Translations under genes and position numbers: made by a program | Notes under the pieces: generated by a model | What the model saw: only the letters and a program-made list of their open reading frames with translations | Databases searched by the model: none | What the model was told of the DNA's origin: nothing | Assembly (NCBI GenBank): GCA_964016885.1 | Contig: OZ024740.1 | Location: 272,676,001-272,740,000, forward strand | Direction of reading: 5' to 3' | Length of the DNA stretch: 64,000 bases | Source: Eledone cirrhosa | Lineage: Eukaryota | In this document: piece after piece, positions 58,081-64,000 of the stretch | Layout of the letters: every line of letters begins with the position of its first letter | How positions within the stretch are numbered: position 1 is the stretch's first letter

Positions 58081-58622
58081 TCTCTTTTTCTCTTAATTTC
58101 GATTACATTTTTGACCGGCCACCTTCCTGGTGGCAAGGTTGTAAAAGAAAAGAAACTATCATCCCTTGAATCGCAAGAATATTTTGCAAATTTTGAAGGT
58201 GCCAGTTTTCGCAGCCATTTGTAGACTATGAATTAGCGGCCAGCGTTCTTTGTCCATAAATCCGAGTTCAGTTATACTTTGGTCCAAGCGGCTTGGTGTA
58301 TAACCTGTAGCTCCAATAATGATGGATATGAAGCTGAAGGTGTATCTTGGATACTGGATCTCCAAACTCCTCATCAATGGTCCGTAGATGTCCCCCTTCT
58401 CTTATATTTTTCTTACTACGTTGACATTAAGTAGACAGGCAGCTGATCTCTACAACAGAGAACGTTTTCAATGTGTGGTCCCAAGCAAGACTATCATGCC
58501 GTGTGTGTTTTAATTTGGTGGCAGTTTTTATTTTCAGCTTCCACCAGTATTCCTTAGTGCCATGTATCTCAACATATTCCTACTCATTTGTTTTTAATTT
58601 TGTTTTCCTAAGTGCGCTCCAG
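58081..58622 (-). mobile_element. R4/Dong-like 3' fragment, second copy
   Basis: Reverse-complement homology to 56878-57412 (..KICKIFLRFKG*), with (TATG)n flanks. Confidence 0.85.
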
Positions 58623-58735
58623 ATGTATGTATGTATGTATGTATGTGTGTGTGTATGTATGTATGTATGTATGTATGTATGTATGTATGTATGTATGTAT
58701 GTATGTATGTATGTATGTATGTATGTATGTATCTG

Positions 58736-59610
58736 TGTCAGGTCACCAGTTGGTGCTACTGGTAACATGTATCCCAGTACAACCTGTCTCATGGTCGGGT
58801 CGTTGGTGACTAAACTGACAACCCCACCAAGGTTTCTTGGTGAGGAGGGTGACTTTGGACATCCTGCAGGACTAAAAACAAAACCTGTCAAAGGGCAAAG
58901 GAGCTCTTAAGAGTCAATGGCCATCCAAAATCACCGGGAGAGATGACCCCTTAGCCTTTGTCAAGGCAGAATTCTAGGAGAAGGAAAACTCTGATATAAC
59001 ACCTGCAACCCTGATGGTATCCAATGATGTTGACTTGTTATTCTTTTTGGTAAATATCATCTTGGTTAAGAGAGTAGGACTGGCTTTGTGCAGTGCCTTT
59101 GCTCACTATAAAAGCTTCACGGCACAGGCATTGCTTTATATCTGGAGATCGTTCTGCACTTGTCGTTACATGGAACCATGGGCCCAGCACTATGTGTCAA
59201 TAATTGTCACAGGTGTAGTGTTTGTACCAGAGTTTTCAAGTTGCTGGCTGGACTAAAAAGTCATATTCGTTCAGCGCATCGGTAGGCGTTCTCCTAGATG
59301 GATATAAATAAATGGCCGTACTCGAAAACGAGTTGGCAGCCACCATGTATGTATGTATGTATGTATGTATGTATGTATGTATGTATGTATGTATGTATGT
59401 ATGTATGTCAGGTCACCAGTTGGTGTTACTGGTAACATGTATCCCAGTACAACCTGTCTCATGGTCGGGTCGTTGGCGACTAAACTGGCACCCCTCCCCA
59501 AGGTTTCTTGGTGAGGAGGGTGACTTTGAACATCCTGCAGGACTAAAAACAAAACCTGTCAAAAGGGAAAAGGAGCTCTTAAGAGTCAATGGCCATCCAA
59601 AGTCACTACT
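58736..59610 (+). mobile_element. Two tandem copies (58736-, 59406-) of a structured repeat, probably a LINE 5' UTR or SINE
   Basis: ~200-bp direct repeat gtcaggtcaccagttgg...agagtcaatggccatccaaa, each copy preceded by (TATG)n. Confidence 0.55.
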
Positions 59611-59686
59611 CTAAAACAATAGCGTAAGGTCTTCAAAATGCTTTTAATTAAGCATACAGTGTATTGCAAAATACACTATATATACA

Positions 59687-59741
<55 letters not shown>

Positions 59742-59751
59742 ATACACATAC

Positions 59752-61218
59752 CTTACTTTAGACATTAGGCCCTTCTATGCCCTGGGGAATATTGGGGAAT
59801 GAGTCTTCTCCAATTTACACGATCAGCTGCGTCATCTTGCGTAGTTTCCCAGTCCAGTCCAGTCCAATTCTCTGGAGATATTCATTGAAAGTTGAGTGCC
59901 AAGTTTCCTTGGGTCTTCCCTGTGTTTGCTTATCACCGATGGGATCCATCTCATGGCCAAAGAGGAGTTCCGGTACTCAGACAAGCGCATAATGTGTCCA
60001 GCCAGTTTCAGGCGGCTTTCAGCGATGGTATCAGTCAGTAGCTTTGTTTATTTCTCTTCAGCACCTCTACATTAGTAAGACGATCTCGATAAGTGATTTT
60101 CAAGATTTTTCTTTGGCATCATTGTTGGAAACTGTTGAGCTTTAGAATTTTGGCAGTCATTATCCAGGTTTCACTTGCAGCTGTGATTATAATGCTGTAA
60201 AAGTGATTAAAATGCTGTTGATAGGCATGGAGATTATTTTCGATGCCCAAGTGTTTCTCATGCGCTGAAATACTCCTGATATCTTTCCAATTCTGCAGTT
60301 TGCATCAATCTCATTATGGCCTTTATTGGAGATTATACTACCCAAATAGGTGAATTGGTTGACTTATTCTATTACCTGTGTTTCAGTATACATTTTTGCA
60401 TCAACTTTCTTTGCTAACTTGCATCACATTGGTATTTTCTCTGTTAATTCTGATTCCAATCATTGCTGCAGATTATTCTATCTGTGTTGTCATTGTTTGA
60501 ATTTGTCCAATCAAGTCCTGAATGTACATGGCGCTATTGTCAAATATCTCGCAAATTTATCGAACATTTGCCGGCAAAGGCAATATTTCCCTAACGACAG
60601 GAGAAAGGGAATTATTGTCAAACTATTAAAGAAAGGTTCCCTCAGCAACTATGGCGATTAGCGAGGAACTACTTTGATGTCAATCCCTGGAAAGGTCTTC
60701 TGTATAATGCTTCTTAATCGGCTCAGAACTGTTGTGAATGCAAAGCTGAGAGAGGAGCAGACCGAATTTAGATCAAGAAGATCCTACACATATAAAATAT
60801 TTACAATTCAAAAGATAAATTTCATTGACTGCAAAAAGGTCTTTGATCACATGGAGACTCATTGGACAATTCTGGCAGTCTATGGCATTTAATTAGGATT
60901 CGTCAATGTCTTCAAAAATATTTATCTGCGTCCAAGTTGCTGTGTCAAAGTTGCAAATAACACCACAGGTTTCTTCCAAATCCACACTATTATGCGACAG
61001 GGCTGCATTCTATCCCATAGACTTTTATCACTGGTCATTGACTTTGTCATGAAGAAACCACAGGATATTCATGCTCAGACTCAAAACCTTGCTATCCAAT
61101 GGACTGATTCTAAGAAACTGACAGATTTCGATTTCGATTAAGCCGATGATTTGACATTATTGAGGAACAACTTTGGGAGAAATTCAAACAAATACAATAC
61201 AGAAGAATTTGCAGCAAA
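59752..61218 (-). mobile_element. Old RTE-clade LINE with inverted 5' part
   Basis: Minus strand 60525-59752 encodes FTYLGSII...GRPKETW. Plus strand 60535-61218 encodes the upstream RT part (GIIVKLLKKG, SIPGKVF, LREEQ, RQGCILS, ADD). Confidence 0.8.
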
Positions 61219-61527
61219 ACACACACACACACACATGTATATATATATATATATGAGGAGGAGAGAAACGTGAAAACTTCACTTAATAAGTCGTTGCGAA
61301 ACAGTCTCCAACACTGTGTAGTTCTTACCAGGCATATTTGCCCAATATAGGTCTGTTATTTTTCTTAATTTTTTAAAAATTTAATATTTAATGTTAAGGA
61401 TAACAAACTATATTGCTGTAGTTAATATTTTTTCACCCTAGCAAATTTTAGTCCTTACGATTCGAACACATGTATGTTTATATTAGTGTTCATCTCTCTT
61501 GTTTATTCAATTATATATATATATATA

Positions 61528-61673
61528 ACGAAGGAAATGTGGTACGGAACCAGATGGACCATAACGCACCAAAGTAATCAATACTTAGGGTAGTAGAGTG
61601 GGTAATAGGAACGAGTAAGACCCCGACGGCTGAGCTCCTGAGTAGGAGCTCAGCCGTCGGGGTCCTACTCGTT

Positions 61674-61675
<2 letters not shown>
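61528..61675 (-). mobile_element. Fold-back element family D, copy 4
   Basis: Same tail and outer end as the other copies, with a hairpin centred at ~61642. Confidence 0.75.
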
Positions 61676-61720
<45 letters not shown>

Positions 61721-61776
61721 GCATACATACATACATACATTTTTTGGCAATATTTTAACAATATGACCCTCCCCAT

Positions 61777-61804
<28 letters not shown>

Positions 61805-61807
<3 letters not shown>

Positions 61808-64000
61808 GGACAATACAAAAGACTGGGACAGTGGGGTTTTACAGAAAAATCGAGTAAACAATATGAATAACAATAACAATAGAAAAGTAACAATAAAGTA
61901 ACAATAAAATTACAACAAGAAAAAATTCCCCAATAGGGGGGGGGGGATGACCACCCAGGTTTCGCTCAGGTACCCCACCAATCCTGAACGACCCGACGCT
62001 TCGAGAGCACCCTGGAAGGGCACCCCTCTCCTCCTCAAATTTACCTACCTACAGCCGCATGACCAGAGTAGGCCCACTCACCCGGGCCATTCTCGCCACA
62101 TTCACCCACCTTTCAGCAAATGTACTGGGGGGCAGCACTTCTCTCTCCACCCTCACCTTCCTTTCCAAGTGAAACTTGGAAAAGTTTATGAGGGATTGGC
62201 CGAAGAGAAAAGTGTCTGTCTTCAGTCCTTTCAACCTCGTCCACCATACAACCTCTTTCGCTACTGCCACCAGACAGAGGACAATTGCCTGCCCTTCCTG
62301 GCCAAAAGAAGGCGGCGGGTCGATCTTCATTATGGACTCGGCCGATAGCCGGATCCGTTCTACACGCGACAACAGCTGTTCAACATAACTCCACAAGTCA
62401 GTAATGCACGGATACTGGACGAGTGCGTGCAGAACGGTTTCGTCGCTCTGCGCGCATCTCGGGCAGGTCCGTCTGACAGCACTTCCGTACCTGTAGAGTT
62501 TATCTCGAACCGGCACTGCCAAGCGAGGGATTTTTGGAAATTATCCATCGTCCCCGGCTCGAAAGTCTTACGGTACAGACTGGTTAGTTCGACTTCGTTG
62601 ACTTCCAGAGCCTCTCCGAGTGCATCGTCGCACTTGCCCACCACTAATCCTCTATAGAACTCGAGAGTGGAAGTTCCACTGACCGCATTGCCCGCCTGGT
62701 AGAGGGAAGTGAGTGCCTGGCAACATTCCAGATGCCAGTCACCCAGTCTCGGTCTCTTCTTGACCCAGGACTGCAGCTCAGTCAAAGAAACGAGCTGCGG
62801 AAAGGCCCATCTGACAAACAGCGACCACACCTGTTCACCGTTTAGGCAGAATATCTGGAGATGCCGCAGCCTCAGCGCGTGCCTGCGCATCATTAGCCAC
62901 GGTATGCCCAGCCCTCCACGTAGAGGGTGCTGGCAGTAAATGGACCGCCTCACCAGCGGAACCTGACCCATCCACAAGAATTTGAAGAGGAGCCGCTCCA
63001 AGATGGCGAGGCCCGAACGGGGGCAAGGGATGACGGTCAGACGGTAGTAGATGACGGACGCGATGTACGCGTTCGCCACCTCCACCCGACTTTTCAGTGA
63101 TAGCTTCATTGCAGCCCATTTCTGGGTGAGACTGGCTACCCTGCCCGTCACTTCGTCCCAATTCTTATCAACCTGGAGGTCTGGCCCGAATCAACCCCTA
63201 GCAACTTTAACGGTCCGTCCGTCCAGCGCCTAACGACGCTGTTGGACGGCATGGTCTTGCCTCTCCAGGTGCCGAGTTGGAAGCTCACCGACTTTTCCGG
63301 GTTAAGTTTTGCTCCCGTCAACCTTTCAGTAACCAGGTCCTAACCTACGCATCTTATCTAGGTCGACCATACAGATCACAAACTTGTGATTTGAATAGGC
63401 GACCGTTTCAAAACGTGGACAGCTTACACTATTTCTGTTTATTTTCCTAATGAATATCCTGCCTATATACTATCTAGATGACCCTATGCGGTTAGCCCAG
63501 GTCCAACTGTCAAATTAGGGAAATCTAGTCGGTACCTGTCAGACAGTTGGAACTGGCTGATCAGGTTCTTGAGGCTTTTGCACCCCCCGCTCCTATCGGA
63601 TACTCCCACACAGTCCCAGCGTGCGTCTAAGATGCCGTTCCAGTCCCCGTTAATACTAAAGGGCGAGACGTACCCAGAAAGGTTTCCAGGCGTCTAAAGA
63701 AGTCCGGCCGTCCTGCCCCAGTAGGAGCATAGACGGCCACCAGTCTAAAGGCACCACCTTCGTTATTGTTCACGTCCAGGACCACCAACTTCGCGTCCGG
63801 GTCCCTATCTCAAGATCCAGGCCTTTCCTAAACAGCACTGCCACCCCGCCTCCCATTCCTGGCCGGCTAACAGATGCAAAGATCTGATAGTCGTCAAAAA
63901 TGGGAGCTAGTGCGCACGTGTCGGAAATCCTGGTCTCGCTGACGGCAATTACATCCATTTCTATAGACCTGAGGTCGTTGAGCAGGTGACCCTGCCTCCA
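61805..64000 (-). mobile_element. Degraded Tx1-like LINE with internal deletion of the RT core; runs off the window
   Basis: Homologous to ORF2 at 31092-34522 (endonuclease and C-terminal parts). Jumps from GPGY to LTGAKLN at ~63328. The 3' end abuts (TA)n. Confidence 0.85.

Overview
This is AT-rich eukaryotic intergenic or intronic DNA saturated with microsatellites and transposable elements. The SINE and microsatellite profile suggests an octopod cephalopod (inference only). No host gene can be called with confidence; there is one possible exon at about 21.9-22.1 kb. Recognisable elements: a near-intact Tx1/L1-clade LINE (29.0-34.8 kb) plus two relatives, a Penelope-like element (PLE; RT + GIY-YIG) arranged as a 4.6-kb inverted duplication, two R4/Dong-like fragments, three RTE insertions that all show 5' inversion, a DD37D (maT) mariner-type relic, hAT and mariner MITEs, and many tRNA-derived SINEs. 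The main unexplained signal is a dense set of short fold-back elements sitting in (TA)n. By eye, many carry type I hammerhead ribozymes with palindromic stem III, about 20 motifs in total. These include non-canonical cores: compensatory U3-A8 (UUGANAA) in two unrelated families, and U4C (CCGANGA) with a conserved large stem II insert in several copies with covarying stem I. All structures were read manually; no folding or database search was run.
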